Of a stretch of 64,000 nt of DNA, positions 1 through 7,925 are shown one piece after another. The notes below the pieces were generated by a model. The model worked only from the letters and a program-made list of their open reading frames with translations. It ran no database searches and was not told the origin of the DNA. Both the position numbers and the translations under genes were made by a program. This DNA comes from an uncultured Acidobacteriaceae bacterium. Lineage in GTDB: Bacteria; Acidobacteriota; Terriglobia; Terriglobales; Acidobacteriaceae. Numbering within the stretch: position 1 is the stretch's first letter; every line of letters starts with the position of its first letter. The stretch covers positions 24,689 through 88,688 of the forward strand of contig CAWKDJ010000010.1 in NCBI GenBank assembly GCA_963848325.1, read 5' to 3'.

Positions 1-143
1 CCAACTAACCTGTGGGCCGGAGAGATGGTGGTAAGCGTTGGCGTCCCATTCGCGGCTGCGCAATGGATTCTGTTCACGCAATTGATACCTGTGGTTTACG
101 CCCTGTCCAGATACGCGTTGACCCGTGGAAATCCCTGGCCGAT

Positions 144-1301
144 CTAAATCGCTGCCAGCGCCTGGTCGAGGTCGGCGATGATGTCGTCCACGTCCTCAAT
201 CCCCACCGAGAGCCGCACCATGCCGTCGGTAATTCCGATGGCTTTTCTTCCTTCTACACCGAGCGCGCCGTGGGTCATGGTTGCGGGGTGAGAAATCAGT
301 GTCTCGACTCCACCAAGCGATTCGCCCAGAGAGCAAACCCGCACCTTTCGGAGCATTTTATTGGCGTTCGAAAGCGATCCGGTCTCAAATGTGATCATCG
401 CGCCGAAGCCGGTCATCTGCTGCTTCGCCAATTTGTACTGCGGATGGTCGGGCAGTCCAGGATAGTAAACTTTCTTTACTTTCTTGTGACGCACAAGGAA
501 ATCGGCCACTTCACGCCCGCTACGGTCGTGTTGCTCCATGCGCACCGCTAGAGTCTTCACGCCGCGTAAAACCAGCCAGCACTCAAATGGCGAGAGAATC
601 GCGCCCGCAGCCTTCTGCACAAATCCCAGTTGCTCGGCCTGGTCGCGCCGCGTGCAGACAACAACCCCGCCCAGCCCGTCGCTGTGCCCGTTGAGAAACT
701 TGGTCGTAGAGTGGACGACCATGTCCGCCCCGAGCGCGATGGGCTGCTGGAAATACGGCGACATGAAGGTGTTGTCGACCACCAACTCAACATGCTTCCT
801 GCGGCAGAGATCGCTGATCGCGCTGATATCGCTGAGCGCCATCAGCGGATTGGTCGGCGTCTCGACATAGACCATGCGGGTAGAGGGCCGCAGCACGCGG
901 GTCACGTTGCGTACATCAGAGGTATCCACGTAAGTAAACTCGATGCCATAGCCGCTCAGAACTTGATTGAACAGCCGCGGCACGCCGCCGTAAAGATTGT
1001 GGCCGCAAACCACGTGATCGCCGGACTTGTACATGGTGCAAAGCGCGTTGATCGCCGCCATGCCGCTGGAGAAGACGCGCGCCGCCACGCCCCCCTCGAG
1101 CGCTGCCAGGTTCGTTTCCAGCCGGGTACGCGTGGGATTCGAGACGCGAGCGTACTCGTAGCCTTTGTTCTTGCCGATTTCCTGCTGAACGTAGGTCGAA
1201 GTCGCATAGATCGGAACGGTCACGGCGCCGGTTTCCGCGTCCGGCTCCTGACCGACATGTATGGCGCGGGTAGCGAAACCAAGATTGCGATGTCTGGGCA
1301 T
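144..1301 (-). CDS. PLP-dependent Cys/Met-metabolism enzyme (cystathionine gamma-synthase / gamma-lyase / O-succinylhomoserine sulfhydrylase family)
   Basis: 385-aa ORF. N-terminal 'TRAIHVGQEPD...GAVTVPIYATSTY' and the PLP-lysine motif 'STTKFLNGHSD' are typical of the transsulfuration PLP family. ATG start with the upstream gene 133 bp away on the same strand. Confidence 0.85.
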   Translation of the reverse strand: MPRHRNLGFATRAIHVGQEPDAETGAVTVPIYATSTYVQQEIGKNKGYEYARVSNPTRTRLETNLAALEGGVAARVFSSGMAAINALCTMYKSGDHVVCGHNLYGGVPRLFNQVLSGYGIEFTYVDTSDVRNVTRVLRPSTRMVYVETPTNPLMALSDISAISDLCRRKHVELVVDNTFMSPYFQQPIALGADMVVHSTTKFLNGHSDGLGGVVVCTRRDQAEQLGFVQKAAGAILSPFECWLVLRGVKTLAVRMEQHDRSGREVADFLVRHKKVKKVYYPGLPDHPQYKLAKQQMTGFGAMITFETGSLSNANKMLRKVRVCSLGESLGGVETLISHPATMTHGALGVEGRKAIGITDGMVRLSVGIEDVDDIIADLDQALAAI

Positions 1302-1434
1302 GATGTTTTGGAGTTATTTTGCGTTGAAGTGAACTTCTGCGGCCAAAGCACTACCTTACCATGAGAGGAGCAGGGCGATGCATGCCGCTCAGGACGACAT
1401 AGTTTCGGGGTCATTTGTGAGGCAAAGCGCTTCC

Positions 1435-2385
1435 CTAAATGCCGCCCTCAAAAATCTTCTTCGACAAATACCGTTCGGCGGAATCGGGAATCATGGTCGC
1501 AACGCGCTTGCCTGGGCCCAAGCGTTTGGCTACTTGGACAGCGGCAAAAACGTTGGCACCGGCGCTCGATCCGCCTAACACGCCTTCCTGTGCGGCAAGT
1601 TTTTTTACCATGCCGAAAGCATCGACATCGGTAACCATCAATACTTCGTCACAAACCGAGGGATCGAAGTTCTTCGGCATGAAACTCGCTCCAATGCCCT
1701 CAACTTTGTGCTTGCCAGCTTTTCCGCCTCCCAGGATCGATCCTTCGGGCTCGACCGCAAACGCAAGAACCTTGGGCAGGTGGTCTTTCATGTATCGTGC
1801 GATCCCGGTAAATGTCCCCGCGGTTCCCGCCCCAATCACGATGGCGTCAACTCGTCCCTCCATTTGTTCGAAGATTTCGGCAGCTGTGGTTTCGTAGTGG
1901 TAATCAGGGTTGGCGGGGTTTTCGAACTGCGACGCCATGAACGCGTTGCTGTCGCGGGCCGTGAGATCCTTTGCTCGATTAATGGCGCCTTGCATGCCCT
2001 CGCCGTCTGGAGTGCGGGTGACCTCGGCCCCGAGGGCCCGCATAATAATGACCTTCTCCTCGGAAAAACGCTCCGGCACGAACAACGCCACTTTGTAACC
2101 ACGGTTCACACCGATCAGGGCTAGACCGATGCCGGTATTGCCGGCGGTCGCCTCAACGATCGTCCCGCCGGGTTTGAGCCGGCCATCTTTCTCAGCCCGG
2201 CGAATGATCCCGATCGCGGCGCGGTCTTTCACGCTTCCGCCGGGGTTCAGGTATTCGAGCTTGGCGTAGACTTCGGCTGCGCCAACCGGCACAACGCGCT
2301 TAAGCCGAAGCATGGGGGTTTCTCCGACGAGTTGAGTGATATCGTCGGAAACTTTCAGGCGGGTAGGCTCAATAGTTTTCTGCAC
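1435..2385 (-). CDS. cysK: cysteine synthase / O-acetylserine sulfhydrylase family (CysK/CysM/MccA-like, PLP fold type II)
   Basis: Motifs 'GETPMLRL', 'LNPGGSVKDRAA', 'EATAGNTGIGLA' and C-terminal 'GGSSAGANV' align with CysK. The six-frame ORF extends to 2652, but that extension crosses the island boundary at 2424 and is not CysK-like. I placed the start at GTG 2385, which gives an 'MQKTIEPTRLKVSDDITQLVGETPMLRL' N-terminus matching E. coli CysK. An ATG at 2313 with a GGAGA Shine-Dalgarno is the alternative. Confidence 0.75.
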   Translation of the reverse strand: MQKTIEPTRLKVSDDITQLVGETPMLRLKRVVPVGAAEVYAKLEYLNPGGSVKDRAAIGIIRRAEKDGRLKPGGTIVEATAGNTGIGLALIGVNRGYKVALFVPERFSEEKVIIMRALGAEVTRTPDGEGMQGAINRAKDLTARDSNAFMASQFENPANPDYHYETTAAEIFEQMEGRVDAIVIGAGTAGTFTGIARYMKDHLPKVLAFAVEPEGSILGGGKAGKHKVEGIGASFMPKNFDPSVCDEVLMVTDVDAFGMVKKLAAQEGVLGGSSAGANVFAAVQVAKRLGPGKRVATMIPDSAERYLSKKIFEGGI

Positions 2386-2423
2386 ATTACAGGTTACGGA
2401 AGCCGGGTGGAAGGCGTCAATTG

Positions 2424-2453
2424 CACCAAAGTTTGGGTAGTGGTTCAGTTTGA
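2424..2453. repeat. left terminal inverted repeat of the 3.2-kb island (caccaaagtttgggtagtggttcagtttgaa)
   Basis: The reverse complement of 5633-5663 matches 26 of 28 positions (one mismatch, one 1-nt indel). Each copy contains the near-palindrome CCAAAGTTTGG. Confidence 0.6.
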
Positions 2454-2500
2454 AATTCCACAGGCTAGCATTCGGCTTCGGCCTGTGGGAAACTGTCGGC

Positions 2501-2710
2501 ATGGCAAACAAACCCAAGATGTACGTCATCAAGAGGGACGCGAGCGGCAACGCGATTTCCGGCAATTGCTCTACGTGTGGACGGCTCTTCCTGTTTGAAG
2601 ATACGCCAGAAGGCAGACGGATAGAAAAAGCCTTCGAGACGCATGAATGCAAGCGGCTGGACGAAAGCCAGAACGCCTTGCGCGTCGTGAGAGAAGCTAC
2701 CGAGGACTAA
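2501..2710 (+). CDS. small hypothetical Cys/His-containing protein (69 aa from ATG 2501; ORF track starts at 2450)
   Basis: Open frame just inside the left inverted repeat: 'MANKPKMYVIKRDASGNAISGNCSTCGRLF...ETHECKRL'. No clear Shine-Dalgarno. Convergent with the phage-like gene, with a 4-bp overlap of stops. Confidence 0.3.
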   Translation: MANKPKMYVIKRDASGNAISGNCSTCGRLFLFEDTPEGRRIEKAFETHECKRLDESQNALRVVREATED

Positions 2711-3732
2711 TCAGCAGCTTTTATCGTTGGTAAGTAAAGCCTCAGTTGCACTGGGGATTTACCGTACATCTCGGCCATTTTGTCGCGCAATTCCCGCATT
2801 GTCTGGCAGGTCTTAGCGACACCAATTAACGTGAAAATGTGCTGGACCAGCCTCCGCAAGCCGTACTGCTCCGTCAGCCATTGATGCCAATTTCGTCCCT
2901 TTTGCGGATGTGGTTTATTGTCCTTCAACCACTTGCAAACATCGGCGTCTAGGTACGAATAAACAAGCTCCGTAACTAGAATCCCCCAGTATTTCGGTCG
3001 TTGAGTCACTGTACCTTTCCAATTTGTCAGCCTAGCAAATTCTATCCAAAGCTCTTGCGGGAAGGTGCTTTCCCAGTCTCGCATTTCCTCCGCCAAGTAA
3101 GCCTTTAACTTCACGCGCAATGCATCAACCGCCCTGTCGTACTGGTATCCGGTTGCTTCATCAATAAGCGCATCCAGCCCGACCTTCGCGCAAGCTGCCA
3201 GAAGAAAACTTGCACGCATGGCCATTTGCTTTTGACGGTCAGTGAGCCTGACCGCATTACCCGTGAGACTGGCTTCCATCGCGGTGACGAACCCACGCCA
3301 TACCTCGATTGCAAGATCGGCTGGCAGACCTTTAACGTCGCGCTCGAGTCCCTCTACTTCCGGCAACGAAAAGGCCACCATTCCCTCGAGCACCATGTCT
3401 ATGTTAATAAAGGGTTTAAGGGATGAAACCCCAAGATATTTCTCGAGGTCACCACCGCCTTTGATTCCTGTCAGAGATTCGGTATATGCAGTTCTCCCGA
3501 TTACGCGCTGCCCGGTGTCCAGCACATAGCAAGGAATCTCCGAACCGACCAGAGGGAGTACACCTTTGTAAAGCGCGGTCGGAAGTTTATGTTCTGGCAA
3601 TCGAACTAACTTGCCCTTCCGGTTCTTCCATCTGGCCGATGCAGCCTTTGAAGCTCGAGCACTCCGCTGTTCCGGCGTCATCGACTCCGCTAGAACAATA
3701 GCTCCTTTTGCCTTCCCGGTAACTTCTTCCAT
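2707..3732 (-). CDS. phage-associated protein of unknown function (possibly P63C/antirepressor-like; unverified)
   Basis: 341-aa ORF with ATG at 3732 preceded by an AGTGAGG Shine-Dalgarno. Lower-GC composition. The N-terminal basic stretch 'SARASKAASARWKNRKG' is typical of phage proteins. The P63C assignment is from memory, not from a search. Confidence 0.6.
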   Translation of the reverse strand: MEEVTGKAKGAIVLAESMTPEQRSARASKAASARWKNRKGKLVRLPEHKLPTALYKGVLPLVGSEIPCYVLDTGQRVIGRTAYTESLTGIKGGGDLEKYLGVSSLKPFINIDMVLEGMVAFSLPEVEGLERDVKGLPADLAIEVWRGFVTAMEASLTGNAVRLTDRQKQMAMRASFLLAACAKVGLDALIDEATGYQYDRAVDALRVKLKAYLAEEMRDWESTFPQELWIEFARLTNWKGTVTQRPKYWGILVTELVYSYLDADVCKWLKDNKPHPQKGRNWHQWLTEQYGLRRLVQHIFTLIGVAKTCQTMRELRDKMAEMYGKSPVQLRLYLPTIKAAD

Positions 3733-3762
3733 AGAGCCTCACTTTCTATCCCTATACTTGCA

Positions 3763-4665
3763 TTTTATGCTTGCATTGTCAATAGAATACTGCTAGCATC
3801 CATGCATCATGAATCGGCTTGCTACCGACAAACGCACCGCAGTAATCGCCGCCCTAATCGAAGGCACCTCGATTAACGCCACTTGCCGCATGACAGGCAC
3901 CGCCAAGAACACAGTCTTGAAACTCCTCAAGGAGATCGGTTGCGCGTGCGCCGCATATCACAATGCCCACGTCCGCAATCTCCGCGTTCGCCGGGTTCAA
4001 GCCGATGAGATTTGGAGCTTTGTATATGGCAAAGATAAGAACCTAACGCTCGAGCAAGTCCAGAGCGGCTTGGGAAGCGTCTGGACGTGGAAGGCGATTG
4101 ATGCCGACACGAAGCTGGTTATCTCGTACACAATCGGAGATCGTGGAGCGGATACAGCGAAAGCCTTCATGCAGGACATTGCTTCGCGGGTCATCAATCG
4201 GATTCAACTAACCACAGACGGCCATCGCGTCTACGCCGACGCAGTCGAAGATGCGTTCGGCTCTGAGATCGACTATGCGATGCTGGTTAAAATCTACGGT
4301 GCATCGAACGAAAATCCCGAATCGCGCTACAGCCCCGCAACCTGCATCGGATGCCGCACTGGAGTTCTCGCAGGAAACCCCGACCCAGACCACATCTCTA
4401 CTTCATTTGTGGAGCGCAGCAATTTATCAATGAGAATGGGGATGCGCCGATTCACCCGCTTAACAAACGGGTTCAGCAGGAAAGTGGAGAACCACGGTCA
4501 CATGGTTGCGCTGTACTTCATGCACTTCAACTTCTGCCGGGTGCACAAAACCCTTCGAGTTACCCCAGCAATGGAAGCAGGGATAGCAGACCATGTGTGG
4601 ACGATTGATGAACTTTTATTTCTGCTCGACAGGAAGCCCCAGTCTGATTCGCATGGCGGGTAGCG
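3763..4665 (+). mobile_element. IS1-family insertion sequence (~903 bp) flanked by a 9-bp direct repeat ATACTTGCA (3754-3762 and 4666-4674)
   Basis: The exact 9-mer direct repeat brackets the transposase ORF. A 9-bp target-site duplication is characteristic of IS1. Removing the element in silico restores a TAG stop for the ImmA gene and a 19-bp Shine-Dalgarno-containing spacer before the downstream gene. I could not recognise terminal inverted repeats. Confidence 0.45.
3809..4663 (+). CDS. IS1-family DDE transposase (single-ORF type)
   Basis: 284 aa with an N-terminal HTH-like region. The C-terminal block 'FVERSNLSMRMGMRRFTRLTNGFSRKVENHGHMVALYFMHFNFCRVHKTLRVTPAMEAGI' is the conserved signature of IS1-type transposases (family assignment from memory). 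Confidence 0.75.
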   Translation: MNRLATDKRTAVIAALIEGTSINATCRMTGTAKNTVLKLLKEIGCACAAYHNAHVRNLRVRRVQADEIWSFVYGKDKNLTLEQVQSGLGSVWTWKAIDADTKLVISYTIGDRGADTAKAFMQDIASRVINRIQLTTDGHRVYADAVEDAFGSEIDYAMLVKIYGASNENPESRYSPATCIGCRTGVLAGNPDPDHISTSFVERSNLSMRMGMRRFTRLTNGFSRKVENHGHMVALYFMHFNFCRVHKTLRVTPAMEAGIADHVWTIDELLFLLDRKPQSDSHGG

Positions 4666-5128
4666 ATACTTGCAGACGAGCAGCTAAGCTCTCTGGATCG
4701 CGGATGCCAGCGTCTAGCAGCTGCTTAATCAGCGGAAGAGGCATAAGAATGTCCGCAGCAAGCCGATTGGCAGCGGTTTCCTCCTTGCTGGTCAATCCGC
4801 TTCTGTACATAGCGTCGTCGATCAGGTCTCCGCTTTCGAGTTTGCGGCGATGAAGAATGAAATGAGCAATCTCGTGAGCTACAGTAAATCTTTGACGGAC
4901 AAGAGAGTGGGATTCATTAACGGCAATACTGAATCCGGTAGTTGGACCGCCATTCATCGGATCGCGAAAAATCTTCCCAGACACCGAGTCAGGGAGAGAT
5001 TTTTTCCATACGTTTACACCGAGATCACTGGCAATCGCTACGACATCCACGGGAGCTTGGCGTTGATACTTGGCAATGATCTGACCAGGCGTCAAAACTT
5101 CAACTGGATTTTCCGTCGTCGCGGGCAT
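4616..5128 (-). CDS. ImmA/IrrE-family (COG2856) zinc metallopeptidase
   Basis: HExxH motif 'HEIAHFILH' in a ~170-aa protein. ATG at 5128 with an AGGGGAG Shine-Dalgarno. The last ~16 codons (SLPAMRIRLGLPVEQK) are read from inside the IS. The pre-insertion reading ends ...ARLQV-TAG. Confidence 0.8.
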   Translation of the reverse strand: MPATTENPVEVLTPGQIIAKYQRQAPVDVVAIASDLGVNVWKKSLPDSVSGKIFRDPMNGGPTTGFSIAVNESHSLVRQRFTVAHEIAHFILHRRKLESGDLIDDAMYRSGLTSKEETAANRLAADILMPLPLIKQLLDAGIRDPESLAARLQVSLPAMRIRLGLPVEQK

Positions 5129-5522
5129 CCTTACTCCCCTCTCCCGGATACTTTGCAATAGGCGTCGCTTGCTGATCCACTGATTCCAAGGGCGTTTCCA
5201 CGATACCCCCTTGTACACCATGTTTTGATGCGGTTTCAACTACCTTCGGTTCAGGGGCGGTTACCACCTGATTTCTGACCTGATCCAAGAAATCTGCCTG
5301 ATCCCGTAACCGCTGCATTGTCTTAAGCATATCGGCTGCATCAGGATATTTCTTGAGGGCTTCCTTCATGGCCTCGTCAACCCGCTTTGCAGCGGTTTCC
5401 TTCAGGGAGTCTCGAAGGCCGACGTATCCCCAGATGGCTAATGCCGCAATTCCAAGAGTGACCACTGCTAGCATAACGGCGAGCGCCGTTAGAATTATTG
5501 TAATGGCACCTTCAAAGGACAT
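5100..5522 (-). CDS. small membrane-anchored coiled-coil protein (one N-terminal TM helix, charged helical C-terminus)
   Basis: 'MSFEGAITIILTALAVMLAVVTLGIAALAIWGYV' followed by a K/E/D-rich helix. Overlaps the ImmA start by 29 nt on the same strand. The start is uncertain (ATG at 5522 or GTG at 5564). No Shine-Dalgarno seen. Confidence 0.5.
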   Translation of the reverse strand: MSFEGAITIILTALAVMLAVVTLGIAALAIWGYVGLRDSLKETAAKRVDEAMKEALKKYPDAADMLKTMQRLRDQADFLDQVRNQVVTAPEPKVVETASKHGVQGGIVETPLESVDQQATPIAKYPGEGSKDARDDGKSS

Positions 5523-5632
5523 GTGCTGGACAGCATTCGCGGCATGATAGAGTCGTTCACACACGCGAAGAAACCATACACCCTAGTGAGCCGCGAGGGC
5601 AATCGGATGCCCACTCTTGCGTGGGGGCAACC

Positions 5633-5663
5633 TTCAAACTGAACCACTACCAAAGTTTGGGGG
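5633..5663. repeat. right terminal inverted repeat of the island (ttcaaactgaaccactaccaaagtttggggg)
   Basis: Reverse complement matches 2424-2453. It lies 12 bp downstream of the VWA stop codon. Confidence 0.6.
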
Positions 5664-5674
5664 CAATAATCGCT

Positions 5675-6826
5675 CTACTGTGAATTCTCCTGGCCCGGGA
5701 AGTAGCCGGTACGAGTGCGCACGGTCAGGTTCTTATATCCCTTGGCACGGGCTTCCACGCGGATGGTGCGGTATCCGCCGACGCTGCGCGGTGTGGTCGG
5801 CTTGTAGCCGAGAGTGTATTGGCTGCGAATATCGTGGGCAATTTTGCTGCTGATCTCATCCACTTCGTCCAGTGTCCTGGGGAAAAAAGCGATTCCTCCC
5901 GTCCGCTGCGCGAGAGTCTCAAGCGCCCGGTGCGCCCGCCGGGCGCGTTCTTCGCCCAGCAGACCGATGGTATACACCGTCGGCCCGTTTTCCTGCTGCA
6001 GGCGCTGAACGGCTTCCTCCAGCGTCTCGCGGCTGGTGTTGTCTTCACCATCGGTAACCACGAACAGAACTTTTCTCTGCAGCCGCGCCTGCTTTTTCTC
6101 GTAATCGGCCGAAGCCACGATCGCGTCGTAAAGGGCCGTTCCTCCGCGGGCTTCGACTTTTTCCAGCGCCGATTTCAATAAGCTGATTTTGTCAGTGAAG
6201 GACTGGTCGAGATAGTACTCGTCATTAAAGTTGACCACGAACACCTGATCTTGCGGATTGCTCGAGCGGACGAGATTGAGCGCGGCCTTGTTGACCTTGT
6301 CGCGCTTTTCACGCATGGAACCGGAGTTGTCGATCACAATGCCCATCGCCACGGGAATGTCTTCGTGACGAAATGAGCTGATGGTCTGCTCCTTGTTGTC
6401 TTCGAATACCGTGAACGCGCTCTTGTCGAGGTTGATTACCAAGCGATTGTTCTTGGTGTCGAGAACGGTGGCGTGCAAGACCACTTCGGAGACTTCTTTC
6501 TTGAAAACGAAAACCCCATTGTCATTGGCCGGAGCTTGTTCCTGAGGCGGCTGATTCTGGCCCGGCTGGGCCTGCCCCGCTTGTCCCTGGTCCTGCGGCC
6601 GGCTCGGCGCGGGAGTAGTACCATTTTGGGGCGCAGTTTGCGGCGCGGGCTGCGACGGCGGAGTTAAAGGTTGATTTGGCGGAACGCTGCTCGCAGGCGC
6701 GCCAGACTGGCCCGCCGCTGGCGGAGGCGCGGTGTTCTGCGGCGCACTTGCTCCCTGCACCGCCGTTCCTGCACAAATTAAGAAAAAGCAAAGCAGCGCG
6801 AGAAGAGGTTCATTCCGAAGGCGCAT
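5675..6826 (-). CDS. secreted VWA-domain protein (vWFA-related Acidobacterial family)
   Basis: Signal peptide, a P/Q/A-rich linker, the MIDAS motif 'DNSGSM' and a C-terminal beta-sandwich region. Paralogous to the next gene. Confidence 0.85.
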   Translation of the reverse strand: MRLRNEPLLALLCFFLICAGTAVQGASAPQNTAPPPAAGQSGAPASSVPPNQPLTPPSQPAPQTAPQNGTTPAPSRPQDQGQAGQAQPGQNQPPQEQAPANDNGVFVFKKEVSEVVLHATVLDTKNNRLVINLDKSAFTVFEDNKEQTISSFRHEDIPVAMGIVIDNSGSMREKRDKVNKAALNLVRSSNPQDQVFVVNFNDEYYLDQSFTDKISLLKSALEKVEARGGTALYDAIVASADYEKKQARLQRKVLFVVTDGEDNTSRETLEEAVQRLQQENGPTVYTIGLLGEERARRAHRALETLAQRTGGIAFFPRTLDEVDEISSKIAHDIRSQYTLGYKPTTPRSVGGYRTIRVEARAKGYKNLTVRTRTGYFPGQENSQ

Positions 6827-7925
6827 AGTATCCGGTCTTGGCGTACACCCGCAGTGGCGGCAGTCCTTTGGGCGGAAGTAACTTCACCCTTATCTTACGC
6901 CATCTGCCATCGTGCCCAGGGTGCTTTGGACGGTAACCGATCACATATTGGTTCCGCAATTCGATGCCAATTTTGGTGGCAACGTCAGCCAAGTCGTTAG
7001 GATTATCTATGGTAAAAGCCCGCCCGCCGGTGAGCTCGGTAATGTCGCTGAGCAACCCCGGCCCCAGGCGTTCTTCTTCCGTGGGGAAATAGTGGTCGTA
7101 GATGCCGATGGCGTAGATCAGCACGTCGGCCTCTTTGACCCGCGACTTGATCTCGCCTTCGGTATAGCGGCTGTGATTATCGCCGCCGTCGGAGATGATC
7201 AGCAGCGCCTTCTTGGTGTACTTCGCCTGCCGCATTTTGCTGATGCCCAGGTAAATCGCATCCAGCAACGCGGTACGCCCTTTGGGCACGGTGTAGACCA
7301 GCTTACCTTGAATGTCTTCCACCGACGAGGTAAAGTCGGAAACTTCTTCGGGCCGGTCGGCGAAGGCGATCATGAAAAACTCGTCCTGCGGATTGGCGGT
7401 CTTGAAGAACTCGCTTACCGCCTCTCGCGCCCGTTCAATTTTGCTGCTCATGCTCCCGCTCATATCGAAAATTACACCGATCGAGACGGGAGCATCTTCG
7501 CTGGAGAACGTTTTGACTTCCTGCGCTTCCTTGTCTTCGAACACCTGGAAGTTATCTTTGTCGAGTCCGGTGACCAGGCGGTTCATGGGATCGGTAATCG
7601 TCACCGGAACCAGCACAAGACTCACATCCACTTTCATCGGCTTGGTGTGGGTGCGAAGCGAGGGATCGACGGTGTCCATGATATCCGGCTTGGCGGGCGG
7701 CGCCACGCGCGGAGAAATGTGCACATCATCGACGGAAACCTGTGCGATTGCGTGTTGAGGCCCGCAGACTAAAACCATGGTAAACAGGAATGCGAGCGCC
7801 GAGACGCAAGGCGCGAAACGCACAGAATTTCTCCAAGTCCGGGAAGGGCTTGAGCCGAGACCACAAATGATCTGGGGGCGGGATGACCCGCGCCCGAAGC
7901 GGGTCATAAGTACCTCAACTGGCAT
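6810..7925 (-). CDS. secreted VWA-domain protein, paralog of 5675-6826
   Basis: MIDAS motif 'FDMSGSM' and the same architecture. The start may be an internal Met (for example 7907). There is a 17-bp overlap with the downstream paralog. Confidence 0.8.
   Translation of the reverse strand: MPVEVLMTRFGRGSSRPQIICGLGSSPSRTWRNSVRFAPCVSALAFLFTMVLVCGPQHAIAQVSVDDVHISPRVAPPAKPDIMDTVDPSLRTHTKPMKVDVSLVLVPVTITDPMNRLVTGLDKDNFQVFEDKEAQEVKTFSSEDAPVSIGVIFDMSGSMSSKIERAREAVSEFFKTANPQDEFFMIAFADRPEEVSDFTSSVEDIQGKLVYTVPKGRTALLDAIYLGISKMRQAKYTKKALLIISDGGDNHSRYTEGEIKSRVKEADVLIYAIGIYDHYFPTEEERLGPGLLSDITELTGGRAFTIDNPNDLADVATKIGIELRNQYVIGYRPKHPGHDGRWRKIRVKLLPPKGLPPLRVYAKTGYYAPSE

Larger units (their letters stand above)
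2424..5663. mobile_element. putative horizontally acquired island bounded by 28-bp inverted repeats (lower GC than the flanks)
   Basis: The inverted-repeat pair lies at 2424-2453 and 5633-5663. Interior sampled windows are about 45-55% GC against 60-68% in the flanks. The content is mobile/phage-like (IS transposase, ImmA peptidase, phage-like protein). It sits in the intergenic region between the VWA 3' end and the cysK-like promoter. Confidence 0.45.

Noticed and set aside
630-1364. 244-aa ORF on the plus strand overlapping the metB-like gene
   Set aside because: Antisense shadow ORF in a high-GC region. No homology-like motifs. The minus-strand gene has the strong PLP-enzyme signature.
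2424-2453. Possibility that the inverted repeat is part of a tRNA gene (integration hotspot)
   Set aside because: No cloverleaf can be drawn. 'GGTTCAGTT' is not a T-loop (GGTTCGAATCC), and no tRNA is detectable in the flanks.
1435-2652. Full 405-aa ORF-track call for the CysK-like gene
   Set aside because: The N-terminal ~90 codons are not CysK-like. They cross the island's left inverted repeat at 2424 and overlap the small island ORF. CysK homology begins around codon 91-100.
6912-7772. 286-aa plus-strand ORF
   Set aside because: Antisense to the VWA paralog, which has clear MIDAS motifs. High-GC artefact.
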